From: a virus
Strand: one strand, 5' to 3'
Length of the DNA stretch: 64,000 nt
Virus record (IMG/VR): IMGVR_UViG_3300045988_074841
The notes below the pieces were generated by a model. That model saw nothing but the letters and a program-made list of their open reading frames with translations, was not told the DNA's origin and ran no database searches. Both the position numbers and the translations under genes were made by a program. Of the stretch, positions 40,990 to 50,274 are shown in pieces (the first letter of the stretch is position 1; every line of letters begins with the position of its first letter).

Positions 40990-41498
40990 TATATATCCTC
41001 CTCATCATCTATTAAATGTTTAACATTATAATCATGACCAACTAGAGTTAAAATTCTATTGAATTTAGCATAAAGTTTACCATCAATTCTAACAATCCAA
41101 CAAGAACAAATCCAGTTATGACAAAAAGGTACATAACGATTAGGGTCTGCTTTCTTGAATATTCTATCACTTTCACTAAGAAGTAAACTAATATATTGTC
41201 TATTCCTTTGACCAACTCTAGTGAATATACGTTCACATTTAGTTAAATCATAAGAATCTTCAGTAAAAGGAAGAGTTACTCCATCTTTACCTATATCACT
41301 TATATTAGTATCTTTGGTAAGTCTATTAATATAATCAAAGTATTTAATACGAACAGTAAAATTACCTTGTTCATCTTGAATAACTTGACCAGGAACTAAT
41401 TTAGTTAACTTCTTATTAGGAAGTATAGTTGGTGCTCTACGTTTAGTAGAAGCTTTAGGCTTAAATACAAATTTAAGCTTAGAATAATCTACATTCAT
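40989..41498 (-). CDS. Hypothetical protein
   Basis: 169-aa ORF, start/stop-coupled to neighbours. Confidence 0.45.
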   Translation of the reverse strand: MNVDYSKLKFVFKPKASTKRRAPTILPNKKLTKLVPGQVIQDEQGNFTVRIKYFDYINRLTKDTNISDIGKDGVTLPFTEDSYDLTKCERIFTRVGQRNRQYISLLLSESDRIFKKADPNRYVPFCHNWICSCWIVRIDGKLYAKFNRILTLVGHDYNVKHLIDDEEDI

Positions 41499-41764
41499 TT
41501 CTTTTTGTTTGTTAGTTTATGTTCTTTCTTAATCTTCTTAGCTTCTCTAGCACTTACAGTAGCATCTTCAAAATTAAGATTACTAGCTTTAACGTTTTTA
41601 GCACGATAAAGAATGTAACCACAATAATGAATTAAGAAGTCAATTCTACCCCAAGTGTGGATACCAATTACAGCATCTGTTGGAATAATGATACGATTAC
41701 CATTAATCTCAGCTACTTTTGATACACACTTTAAATCCTTTCTTTCATCATGTTTCTTTGCCAT
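41495..41764 (-). CDS. Hypothetical basic protein
   Basis: 89-aa ORF. Confidence 0.4.
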   Translation of the reverse strand: MAKKHDERKDLKCVSKVAEINGNRIIIPTDAVIGIHTWGRIDFLIHYCGYILYRAKNVKASNLNFEDATVSAREAKKIKKEHKLTNKKK

Positions 41765-41776
41765 TTTACAAAAAGT

Positions 41777-42019
41777 TTAATTAATACTATTATTATTTAA
41801 TACAGCATGAATGTAATCACGCTTTTCTTTATCATATTTAGCTCCAAGTATTCTAATCATATCTTGAGCACACATAAGATTATGTTTTCTAACTCCAAAT
41901 ATAACATTAAGAGCTTTATGAAAATCTTTAGTAGCAAGCATAGTATTATATATTAATTTAAAACCAGCTTTACTATTAAGAGTTTCACTATTATGAAAAG
42001 GAATAAATGGTGTTCTCAT
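41777..42019 (-). CDS. Hypothetical protein
   Basis: 80-aa ORF. Confidence 0.4.
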   Translation of the reverse strand: MRTPFIPFHNSETLNSKAGFKLIYNTMLATKDFHKALNVIFGVRKHNLMCAQDMIRILGAKYDKEKRDYIHAVLNNNSIN

Positions 42020-42071
42020 AACCTTATTATATTAATAAATTAATACTATTATTACCTCATCAATAATATAA

Positions 42072-42341
42072 TTATACTAAACGTTCTATTGGTATTTTTT
42101 CATTAAAATATTTAAATCCTATAGGAGCAAGAATAACATATATAACGTTCTTACTATTTATGATAGCACTATGAACTTTATATTTTCTGTTATTATAAAT
42201 AATTTCATCGCCAACATGAATATTATAAGATTCTAATACTTTATTACTTAAAGCAGTACGTTCTTTTTTATATTCAACTTTAGCTTTTTCAAGAATACCT
42301 TTAGTTTCTTTAAGTTTAGCTTTAAATTCTTTTGCTTCCAT
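42072..42341 (-). CDS. Hypothetical protein
   Basis: 89-aa ORF. Confidence 0.4.
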   Translation of the reverse strand: MEAKEFKAKLKETKGILEKAKVEYKKERTALSNKVLESYNIHVGDEIIYNNRKYKVHSAIINSKNVIYVILAPIGFKYFNEKIPIERLV

Positions 42342-42436
42342 AACTCTATTATTTTAATTATTAATATTAGAAGTTCTGCTCGGTTTCGCACCATAAGCCG
42401 TATTACTACACTTAGCAGAACTTAAAGTATTACATT

Positions 42437-42781
42437 CTAGCCTCCCCGTAAAAGGAATGTTAGTATGTAATCATTTTCCTTTTCTAACTTATCCCATACA
42501 TTAAGTATGAAATCAATACCAGCATGTCTAACAGCAATTATATCTTTAATTACAGTAGTCATATCATGCTGACTTAATTTCATAAGAAAATATATAGTTC
42601 TAAAACCTCTACGAGTATTAAGAGGAAAGTTATAAGGAATAATATAACCTTTACGTTTTGAAGAACATTTATAAAAGTCTTTCTTATAAACATAACCATT
42701 ACATTGTACAACTTCTCCAAAATCAGGCGCACAACAATGTCTTATATCAAATTGATAAAGACAACTATTACATAGTATCAT
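42437..42781 (-). CDS. Hypothetical Cys-rich (zinc-finger-like) protein. The last codons are supplied by a motif copy (..LLRGG*).
   Basis: 114-aa ORF. N-terminal CNSC...CC...C cluster. Confidence 0.4.
   Translation of the reverse strand: MILCNSCLYQFDIRHCCAPDFGEVVQCNGYVYKKDFYKCSSKRKGYIIPYNFPLNTRRGFRTIYFLMKLSQHDMTTVIKDIIAVRHAGIDFILNVWDKLEKENDYILTFLLRGG
42441..42455 (-). repeat. Motif variant (cctccccgtaaaagg) at the 3' end of gene 42437-42781
   Basis: Encodes the C-terminal LLRGG-stop. Confidence 0.6.
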
Positions 42782-42949
42782 AGTCTACCCTTTCTTCTTC
42801 TAATAGCTCTACGTCTACTTTCTCTACGTTGAGCCTTACCATCAGGAAAACTACTACTACAAGCTTTTAAACCAGGTCGTTCATTATCACTAAGTATAAT
42901 ACTTTGAGTATTATAATAGTTTCTAGCATTACCTATATAAATATCTTCG

Positions 42950-43186
42950 TCACCCATAATTAATTCTTATTTTAAATGGTTTATTAATACCTTCATAAGA
43001 AACAAAAGTATGATATATTATATCATGTTTCTTATGCTTAAACTTATTATATAAAATTTCAGCTACAGCACTTATAGTAAAATAATCAATAGCATTAGTA
43101 TTAAAACTAGCTTTAATTTCATTACGTAAAAGTATTATAGCTTCAGTGTCTTTATTCCTAAGTTGAGCTTGAGTTACAATTATCAT
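42950..43186 (-). CDS. Hypothetical protein
   Basis: 78-aa ORF. Confidence 0.4.
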   Translation of the reverse strand: MIIVTQAQLRNKDTEAIILLRNEIKASFNTNAIDYFTISAVAEILYNKFKHKKHDIIYHTFVSYEGINKPFKIRINYG

Positions 43187-43605
43187 TATTTGCTATGTTC
43201 ATCTAAATATTTATATATACAATCAATAGCTTTATCAGGTAATTGTTTAGCTTTATCATTAGTACGAATATAATCTATAGTATTACCCATACCATATATT
43301 ACATACAATTTAGATTCACTAGGAACAAAAAATGATATAATAATCATAACAATACCAATAATAAGTTTTCTATTAGCACGTTTAATAGCATCTTTTGCTA
43401 TTAATCTATCTGCTCGTTTAGTATACTTATCTATATCAATAGCATCATAAAACCATTTATGATATGTATTACTATAATATCCACATCTATCATAATTATA
43501 AAATTGAATATAAATATAACAAGCGAATAGTACTAAAAGAGCACCAATACCAGCTATAATTCTAGCAAGTATAGGCACTAAATAAAACCAATATAATATA
43601 CTCAT
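43186..43605 (-). CDS. Hypothetical membrane protein (2-3 predicted TM helices)
   Basis: 139 aa with hydrophobic stretches ILYWFYLVPILARIIAGIGALLVLFACYIYI and IIGIVMIIISFFV. Confidence 0.45.
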   Translation of the reverse strand: MSILYWFYLVPILARIIAGIGALLVLFACYIYIQFYNYDRCGYYSNTYHKWFYDAIDIDKYTKRADRLIAKDAIKRANRKLIIGIVMIIISFFVPSESKLYVIYGMGNTIDYIRTNDKAKQLPDKAIDCIYKYLDEHSK

Positions 43606-43854
43606 TTTATTTAATATTTTAAATTCTTGTATAAAGCCCTCAATTAATTTGCCGATAAACTTATCAGCTAAACTAATTGAGAGCTATTAAACCTAGGAAA
43701 TTACGTAAGAATTGAATTTACTCATCGTAAAGACCGGACTGCTCAAGCATAATTGCTTGGTCAGCCTGCATATCAGAGTAAATATCATTAAGTACATCAT
43801 CACTAAGAATAATAGTACTTGGAATATCAGGAAGTTTATTATCTTTATTCATAA

Positions 43855-44118
43855 CTAACTTGCTTTTTCAAGATGAATACTAGCGCAGTCAAACTGCACT
43901 TTACTACCTAATTTACCTTTAAGACAAAGGTCTTTTACGGCACATTGAGGACACTTAACCCCATTAGCCATAACATTGTATATATTACCAGCAATTACAA
44001 TACCAGTTATAACATTTTCTTCCATAATTATATCTATTAAAATTAAAAAACCACTACTACTTTCACAAGCAATAGTGGTATATCCTTTGAATAAATTTAT
44101 GAATACGTTTTTACACAC
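43855..44118 (-). CDS. Hypothetical protein
   Basis: 87-aa ORF. Confidence 0.4.
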   Translation of the reverse strand: MCKNVFINLFKGYTTIACESSSGFLILIDIIMEENVITGIVIAGNIYNVMANGVKCPQCAVKDLCLKGKLGSKVQFDCASIHLEKAS

Positions 44119-44135
44119 TTGTAAAACACCAGTCT

Positions 44136-44558
44136 TTATATGAAAAATAGAATAATAACACTAATTACAAGAGCAACAATAGTAGCAAATAATATACGTG
44201 CTTCTTTATTACGTGTTCTAATAGTTTTCTCAAGAGAATCAATTCTACCATAAAGAGCTTTATTATGCTCTTCAAGAGAAGCAATACTCTTATTTTTATT
44301 ATCTATTGTTGCATTAAGAGCAGCAATAGTTTTTTCTTGATTACTTTGAATCTCTTCACTCATATCAAGAGAATCTTTAAGAGTTTCAACTCTCTTTTCA
44401 CTAGTAAGTTGAAGCTTTCTAAATGTATCAACAGTCTTACTAAGTTTACGTTCAACATCGTCTTTACGAAGAACGATATTAACTAATTCATCAACACTCT
44501 TTTTACGTAGTGTAGTTCTACGTCTTTTATCATTAGCTGATAATTCTTTTTCTTTCAT
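44136..44558 (-). CDS. Hypothetical coiled-coil protein with C-terminal TM anchor
   Basis: 140 aa. Heptad-rich. C-terminal ILFATIVALVISVIILFFI. Confidence 0.45.
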   Translation of the reverse strand: MKEKELSANDKRRRTTLRKKSVDELVNIVLRKDDVERKLSKTVDTFRKLQLTSEKRVETLKDSLDMSEEIQSNQEKTIAALNATIDNKNKSIASLEEHNKALYGRIDSLEKTIRTRNKEARILFATIVALVISVIILFFI

Positions 44559-44779
44559 AATACTCTTATGTTTTAATTATTCGTATAATATATTATTACT
44601 AAGTTCATCATAGCTAGCATCATCACCAACCATGATTTCACCAAATAAGTCATAGTCATCAATATCGTGACTAGTACAGAATGCGTCAATATCTTGAGCA
44701 TTATAATCAAATTCATTATCTTGTATCATAACTATTATTATTAATTATAATGCAAAGATAATGAATTTAATCTATCATA

Positions 44780-44794
44780 TCTTCTACGGGGCGG
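44780..44794 (+). repeat. Dispersed GC-rich motif copy, intergenic
   Basis: Exact tcttctacggggcgg. Confidence 0.8.
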
Positions 44795-44811
44795 CTAGAT
44801 TAACTTATATT

Positions 44812-45000
44812 TTAAGCAATACTAGCAGTCTTAACACTAAAAGGATGAATATTAACTATTCTACCTTTATAACCATAAGTCTTAAATCTAGACTTAGCAA
44901 TTTTCTTAGCATGAGTAAGACCTTTACTAGTAGAAATCATAAGACTACCATCAGCACGTTCTTTAAGTCTACTACTAACAAAATAATATCTTGTACACAT
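44812..45000 (-). CDS. Hypothetical small basic protein
   Basis: 62-aa K/R-rich ORF. It is the only ORF in a 500-nt gap. Confidence 0.3.
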   Translation of the reverse strand: MCTRYYFVSSRLKERADGSLMISTSKGLTHAKKIAKSRFKTYGYKGRIVNIHPFSVKTASIA

Positions 45001-45068
45001 AAGTTCTCCTTATTTAAATTAATAAATAGTAGTAGCACTATTTCTAGCACTACTACTTATAGTTATTA

Positions 45069-45566
45069 TTAAATGTCACCAAACATCATCTTCTCTGCTA
45101 ATTTGTCTAACATTTTAAGACCAAAAGCACTAAGACGAATATTAAACACATGATTATAGAAACTATTATGCTGAACTACTGTAGGAACAGCATTATTACT
45201 AAATGGATTAGTATACTCCTGACCCTCAGCTACAGCTTCTTGAATGATGTTAATTTTAGCACCACTAAGAACTACATTAAGAGCTTTAGGATGCTGAATC
45301 AAATGATTACCAGCAAATGCTACATCCTCATTCTCTCTAAGAGCACCAACAATAGAATAGTTACCAACGAAGATGATATTGCTTTCACCTTCAACATAAC
45401 TACCATCTTCTTGAGCAACCATAGCTTTTACTGGTTTATCAAGAGTAATAGCAACTCTATTATAAGTTTCACACTCAGTAACGTTAATGTTACGTACTAC
45501 TAAATCCTTGACTACATTGTTAGTCTCAACTGCCATCAGCTGGCTAATAACTTTCTTTGTGTCCAT
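45069..45566 (-). CDS. Hypothetical protein
   Basis: 165-aa ORF. Confidence 0.45.
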   Translation of the reverse strand: MDTKKVISQLMAVETNNVVKDLVVRNINVTECETYNRVAITLDKPVKAMVAQEDGSYVEGESNIIFVGNYSIVGALRENEDVAFAGNHLIQHPKALNVVLSGAKINIIQEAVAEGQEYTNPFSNNAVPTVVQHNSFYNHVFNIRLSAFGLKMLDKLAEKMMFGDI

Positions 45567-45684
45567 AATTTAAATAATTAAAATGTTTATAATATTGTTA
45601 ATTAACACGATTACTAATTAAACTAGTACTATCTTCACAGACCGTACTAGTAACAGAACTTTATTTATTGGAAATGGGAAGGCT

Positions 45685-45870
45685 TTATTCATCTTTATTA
45701 TTTTTAGCATTACCAATTATATAACTACCACTTATAATAAGCAGTATAAAACCAATGACATTAGTAATACTTATATGGTCATCAGTACCATGACTAATAA
45801 GTACTAAAGATAATAGCAGCATTGGTACTACTATTATCTTCATTATATATTTCATTAAATCTATGTTCAT
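45685..45870 (-). CDS. Hypothetical small membrane protein
   Basis: 61 aa with two hydrophobic segments. Confidence 0.35.
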   Translation of the reverse strand: MNIDLMKYIMKIIVVPMLLLSLVLISHGTDDHISITNVIGFILLIISGSYIIGNAKNNKDE

Positions 45871-46109
45871 AGTTCTTCTATAAGTTTAATATTTATATCA
45901 TCACTATCATCAATATCAATTAAATTATCATTGATAATATCACAATCATCAACAACAGGATAGTCTTCAAGAGTAGCAAATACTTCTCTAAATTTATCAG
46001 TATCATTAAGATTATTATCACTATTAATAGCATGAACACGCTTTACTATATTAATAAGTGAAATAATATCACTCTTAGTGATACCTATTGTATTTTGTTT
46101 CCAAAGCAT
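45867..46109 (-). CDS. Hypothetical acidic protein (first gene of the minus block)
   Basis: 80-aa D/E-rich ORF. Confidence 0.4.
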   Translation of the reverse strand: MLWKQNTIGITKSDIISLINIVKRVHAINSDNNLNDTDKFREVFATLEDYPVVDDCDIINDNLIDIDDSDDINIKLIEEL

Positions 46110-46752
46110 AACATTAATAAGTTTAAAAGTAAAACATTAGAATTATTATAAGTATCAGTTATAGTATCAATAGCAGTAGTAAGAATAGTAAAATAAATAC
46201 TATTATTTACGTAACTAACTGAAAGATAAGATAGTATAAGAGATACAGTATGAGTAGTATAAGTTATAGCAGTAACATTAATAGTGTTATTTATATTATT
46301 ACTATAAGGAATACGAGTAGGGTAAGAAAGAGTAATTGTAGTAGTAATTAGAAGATGAGAAAGTGAGGCTGTTTCAGCAACACTATCTTTAACTTTCTCA
46401 CCTTCAATTACACTTACTTCTACATTAGTACAATTATTGCCATCACAATCATACTTATTACTCCGAGAATAATCTCAAAATTAGCACACTTATTATATTC
46501 TTTTTGATTAAACATATCTTTATTTGTTTTATTATTATTATTATTAACTCTTATTAGTAGGTGTAGCATTATCTGTACTACTCATTTCATTCGCAGTACG
46601 AACTATTTGTGCTCCATTACTAACTATATTATATATGTATATCTATATAAGATATAGGAAATTTCATAAGTATTTGATAATTAATTAGTTAGCTAAATTA
46701 GCAATATTGGAATACGACATTTCGGTACTCTAAAATAGCCAAAAAATATTGG

Positions 46753-46820
46753 ATTCCGATATTTTAAAAGTTATTAATATCAGATTTCGATATTTTTTAT
46801 TATCTTTGTAATATCGAAAT
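46753..46820. promoter_or_regulatory. Iteron-like repeats (ttccgatatttt, tttcgatattttt, inverted atatcgaaata) in the divergent control region just upstream of 46841
   Basis: Three copies of a CGATAT-core element within 70 nt (46753-46764, 46784-46797, 46810-46820). Confidence 0.4.
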
Positions 46821-46840
46821 AAGACATAAAAATAGCAATT

Positions 46841-47440
46841 ATGAATCAAAAGTACTGTATGAAAGTAGGAGATAAGCTAATAGAAATAGCTAATCCTAAG
46901 ATGAACGCTAATAAGCGTAGGTATATTAACAAAGCTAGTGAGAATTATGATAAAGCCGCTAGCAAAGTTATTAAAACTGTTTTTACTCTTAATACTAATC
47001 GTAATAAAGATAGTGAAGAAATATATGAAGGTTTAAAAGGTCAAATACTTCTAAACAAACCAGGAAAGATTAAGAGAAAAAGTTATCACACAGTAAATAA
47101 TGATTTTTGGATTTATATAGAAGATTTAAATCCACAACAAGTAGTTCTACTTATTTATATATCTTGTCACTTAGATTATAATAGTAATGTATTTGTAGCT
47201 GATTATGAACAAATATCTAATGATTTACATCTTAGTTTGTCACGTACAAAGAACTTATTTACTGAACTACTTGCTATTCCTAATCAAATAATAGCTAAAA
47301 CCAATATAGCTAAAGTATATCTTATAAATCATAATGTACTATTTAGAGGTAGTTATGATGAATTTATAGAAATATACAATGAGTTATATGATGGTGAACA
47401 AGCTTGTTTTGATGATAAGAATAGAGTCATCATTGCTTAA
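46841..47440 (+). CDS. Hypothetical protein with a possible helix-turn-helix (ISNDLHLSLSRTKNLFTELLAI), candidate regulator
   Basis: 199-aa ORF. First gene after the divergent region. HTH-like segment read by eye. Confidence 0.4.
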   Translation: MNQKYCMKVGDKLIEIANPKMNANKRRYINKASENYDKAASKVIKTVFTLNTNRNKDSEEIYEGLKGQILLNKPGKIKRKSYHTVNNDFWIYIEDLNPQQVVLLIYISCHLDYNSNVFVADYEQISNDLHLSLSRTKNLFTELLAIPNQIIAKTNIAKVYLINHNVLFRGSYDEFIEIYNELYDGEQACFDDKNRVIIA

Positions 47441-47446
47441 ACTATT

Positions 47447-47474
47447 AAAGGTGAACTTATTAAAGTTCACCTTT
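47447..47474. terminator. Bidirectional terminator hairpin: perfect 12-bp stem aaaggtgaactt/aagttcaccttt with loop atta
   Basis: Perfect inverted repeat between convergent genes 46841-47440 (+) and 47460-47759 (-). Confidence 0.6.
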
Positions 47475-47759
47475 ATTTATATGATTATAAGGATATTCAT
47501 AATCATCAATATTATCATAAATATCCTCATAATCAATATCATTAATCAACTTTATTTCTAACATTGATTTCAACAATTTTATCGTAAGCAACATAAGGTG
47601 CATATTTATCATTACTAAAATATACACCTTTTGTATCAAATCATCTACTTCAACGTTATTATAAACATTACCATTACTTGTAACAATAGTAACATTAACA
47701 CTATCATCCTTTATAGGCATAATAGCTTCACAAATATTCATCGCTAAATAATTATTCAT
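47460..47759 (-). CDS. Hypothetical protein (minus-strand gene inside the plus-strand block)
   Basis: 99-aa ORF. Confidence 0.35.
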   Translation of the reverse strand: MNNYLAMNICEAIMPIKDDSVNVTIVTSNGNVYNNVEVDDLIQKVYILVMINMHLMLLTIKLLKSMLEIKLINDIDYEDIYDNIDDYEYPYNHINKGEL

Positions 47760-47842
47760 AATATAGTTCTCCTATTTTTAAATTAATACTTTTATTAGCA
47801 GTAGAACGCTTACTTTCACTATAAGTCATTTCCGCATCAAAA

Positions 47843-47910
47843 CCTTTTTTGTTCTTGTTGACAAGACCTTTTTAGTTCTTGTCGAGTACTTTTTATTTCT
47901 TGTTGACTAG
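47843..47910. repeat. Three tandem direct repeats, about 21-23 nt, consensus ccTTTTTagTTCTTGTyGAc
   Basis: Units at 47843-47865, 47866-47886 and 47887-47910. Related copies at 48524-48569. Confidence 0.6.
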
Positions 47911-47957
47911 TAGCAACATGAGAAGCCACTCTAGCATAAGCTAGAGCAGCAACCATA

Positions 47958-48452
47958 TTAACGTAAACTCTTGCGAGTAGCAGTCCAAGCAACTCTACGA
48001 GCTTTGCAAGTAGCATAAGTCGTAGTATCACCATCATAATCTAGAGCAAATCTACCAACAGCAGAAACACTGAGCAAATCAAACTTGCTAATATGAATAC
48101 TGTCATAGACAGCAATAACCTTCTGACCATCACCATCAGTATACTCTTCACCAGCACTACGCTCAGTCTGCTCAATATCAACTTTAGCACCCATAAGAAT
48201 ATCCTCAATCTGTGCATCAGTAGGGTCAGTAGCCATAAGAGTAAATGCAACATCATCAGCAATATCACTGTTTGCTTCATTGATGAAGTGCATAAACTGC
48301 TTCATACTAATGTTGAGCATCTTACGCTTTCCATGGGCAAAAGCATTTGCTCTATCTAAGAAGTCAAACTCCTCAGATGTAGCAAGGTTAATCACTCTAG
48401 TACCAGTCTCAGCATTGCGAATTACATTCGCTGTAATAATTGTTGTCTCCAT
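47958..48452 (-). CDS. Hypothetical protein (GC-richer minus-strand gene flanked by direct-repeat clusters)
   Basis: 164-aa ORF. Codon composition is more GC-rich than the neighbouring genes. Confidence 0.45.
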   Translation of the reverse strand: METTIITANVIRNAETGTRVINLATSEEFDFLDRANAFAHGKRKMLNISMKQFMHFINEANSDIADDVAFTLMATDPTDAQIEDILMGAKVDIEQTERSAGEEYTDGDGQKVIAVYDSIHISKFDLLSVSAVGRFALDYDGDTTTYATCKARRVAWTATRKSLR

Positions 48453-48523
48453 TTGTAATAAGTTTTGGAAATTAATAACAAACTAGTTCACGACTAGCTA
48501 GCAGAAGTCCTTCTCCTACCAAA

Positions 48524-48579
48524 ACTTTTTTAGTTGTTGCATGACTAAAATTTTTCAGTTGTTGATGAGTAGGGGGGGG
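48524..48579. repeat. Two further copies of the TTTTTAGTTGTTG-type repeat followed by a G8 tract
   Basis: acttttttagttgttgcatgac / taaaatttttcagttgttgatgag, then gggggggg at 48572-48579. Confidence 0.5.
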
Positions 48580-49130
48580 CATCCAATCTTTATCTTGATG
48601 ACCGGGGTGACTAAGTAATACCCTCTCCCTTACAATCATAAATATAATTTTCTATACTATTACCTTATTCTTTATCATTATCTCTAACATATTCTTTATC
48701 ATTATTTTCTTTATTATTATTATTATTATTAGTAATATTATTATCATTAATAATATAATCATTTATTTTACTTTAATTACTTTATACTTTTACTTTATCT
48801 TTACTACCCTTACTTGTTTCATAGTTTTCTTTATTACTACTACTTGTTTCACTTTTATCATTATCATCACCATTACTTTTAATTAATCATCACATTGATT
48901 TTACTATTACTTTACTTACTAATCGTGCTGATAATTATCAAATTTAGTTAATTCCGTTTAACTAATTATAATTTATTACTAATACTATTATTACTTTTAT
49001 TATTATTATCTATATTTGCAGCAGTATTTCTAGCACCTACAGTATTACTATTTACTAAGTTAAGTTCTGTAGGCTGAAATAACTTAATAGTACGGACACT
49101 ATTCAAAGTATTAATTTAAAATATAAAGTT

Positions 49131-49667
49131 ATGGTTGATTTAAAAGTTAATTATCTTGGTCTTAATCAGACCTTTCGTATGCCTACTAGTATGAGTGAAA
49201 TTAACATGAATGTAATTTCTGATTATGTTAAGCATGTTAATGTTAGTAAGGATTATGCTCTTATTGCAGTTGTATTTAAAGAGCGTCCTATTACTATTGT
49301 AAGTGTTAGTAAGCAGAATAAGAACGCAAGTGTAAGCGGTGTTGCTGTTATGATTAAGAGTAATACTGATGATGAGTTTATTAAAGACATTAAACTTGGT
49401 GAAACTATAGTTATTTCTCCTAGTGATATTGCTATGGGACATCATGTTAATTCTCCTGCTAATCCTCTTACTCCTGGTTTCTTACTTAATCTTCTTCAAA
49501 CTAATGCTGATTTAAATAAGAAACTTATGGGTATTGGAGTTCCTACTTATTTCGTAGATTTTAAGATTGTTCCAGTTTGTAATATTCATGGTTCTGTAGG
49601 AAAGTATATTCCTGTTAGTCAATATTATATTGCTCCTGATGCTGGAGAAACTGATATGGGTAAGTAA
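49131..49667 (+). CDS. Hypothetical protein
   Basis: 178-aa ORF. A motif copy lies 15 nt after the stop. Confidence 0.5.
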   Translation: MVDLKVNYLGLNQTFRMPTSMSEINMNVISDYVKHVNVSKDYALIAVVFKERPITIVSVSKQNKNASVSGVAVMIKSNTDDEFIKDIKLGETIVISPSDIAMGHHVNSPANPLTPGFLLNLLQTNADLNKKLMGIGVPTYFVDFKIVPVCNIHGSVGKYIPVSQYYIAPDAGETDMGK

Positions 49668-49681
49668 TTCTACATTGAACA

Positions 49682-49696
49682 TCTTCTACGGGGAGG
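49682..49696 (+). repeat. Dispersed motif copy (variant tcttctacggggagg), intergenic
   Basis: One mismatch from the consensus. Confidence 0.7.
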
Positions 49697-49761
49697 CTTA
49701 AAAAGCTAAGGGAGTTTATGCTCCCAAAGCTTCATATTATAGTGTTAATAATATTACTAAT

Positions 49762-50274
49762 ATGAAATATAAAATAAACGATGAAGGTTTAGAAGAAGGT
49801 AAATTTCCTAGTTCTACTGGTAAACAAGTTCTTATTGAAAATAAAGCATCTATACTTAAAACTATAGATGATAATATTATAGATAAGGATGTTGCCATGA
49901 TGATTCTAGTTCAACTTGAAAAAGATGCTCAACGTCATTTAGAAGCTGATGAAGTTACTGCTATTCCTTATCTTGGTAAGATTAAAAGAAAAGCTGGTTC
50001 AAAAGCTTATGCTGAAAACAAAGAAACTCTAGATGCAGCTAAAGAAGTTATGAGTCCTGAAAACTTTGAAAATTTTAAGGCTGCAATGATGAGAGAAGCT
50101 GTTATTAGAGACAATAAAGCAAAAGTATATAATTATCAAGTTGCACGTATGGCTAATAAGAATGGTAAAACTTATTGGAAATGTGTTGAACTTCGTGGCA
50201 AATATTATGCTAATATTAGGTTTTATTGTTTAGGTTGTTTAAATTATTCTGAACCATGCAACGAGATAGATTAA
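49762..50274 (+). CDS. Hypothetical protein
   Basis: 170-aa ORF. Confidence 0.5.
   Translation: MKYKINDEGLEEGKFPSSTGKQVLIENKASILKTIDDNIIDKDVAMMILVQLEKDAQRHLEADEVTAIPYLGKIKRKAGSKAYAENKETLDAAKEVMSPENFENFKAAMMREAVIRDNKAKVYNYQVARMANKNGKTYWKCVELRGKYYANIRFYCLGCLNYSEPCNEID

Noticed and set aside
47837-48280. ORFs 47837-48037 and 48041-48280 (minus) with Leu/Arg-rich products
   Set aside because: They overlap gene 47958-48452 in other frames and give low-complexity LLLRL-type translations. Likely spurious.
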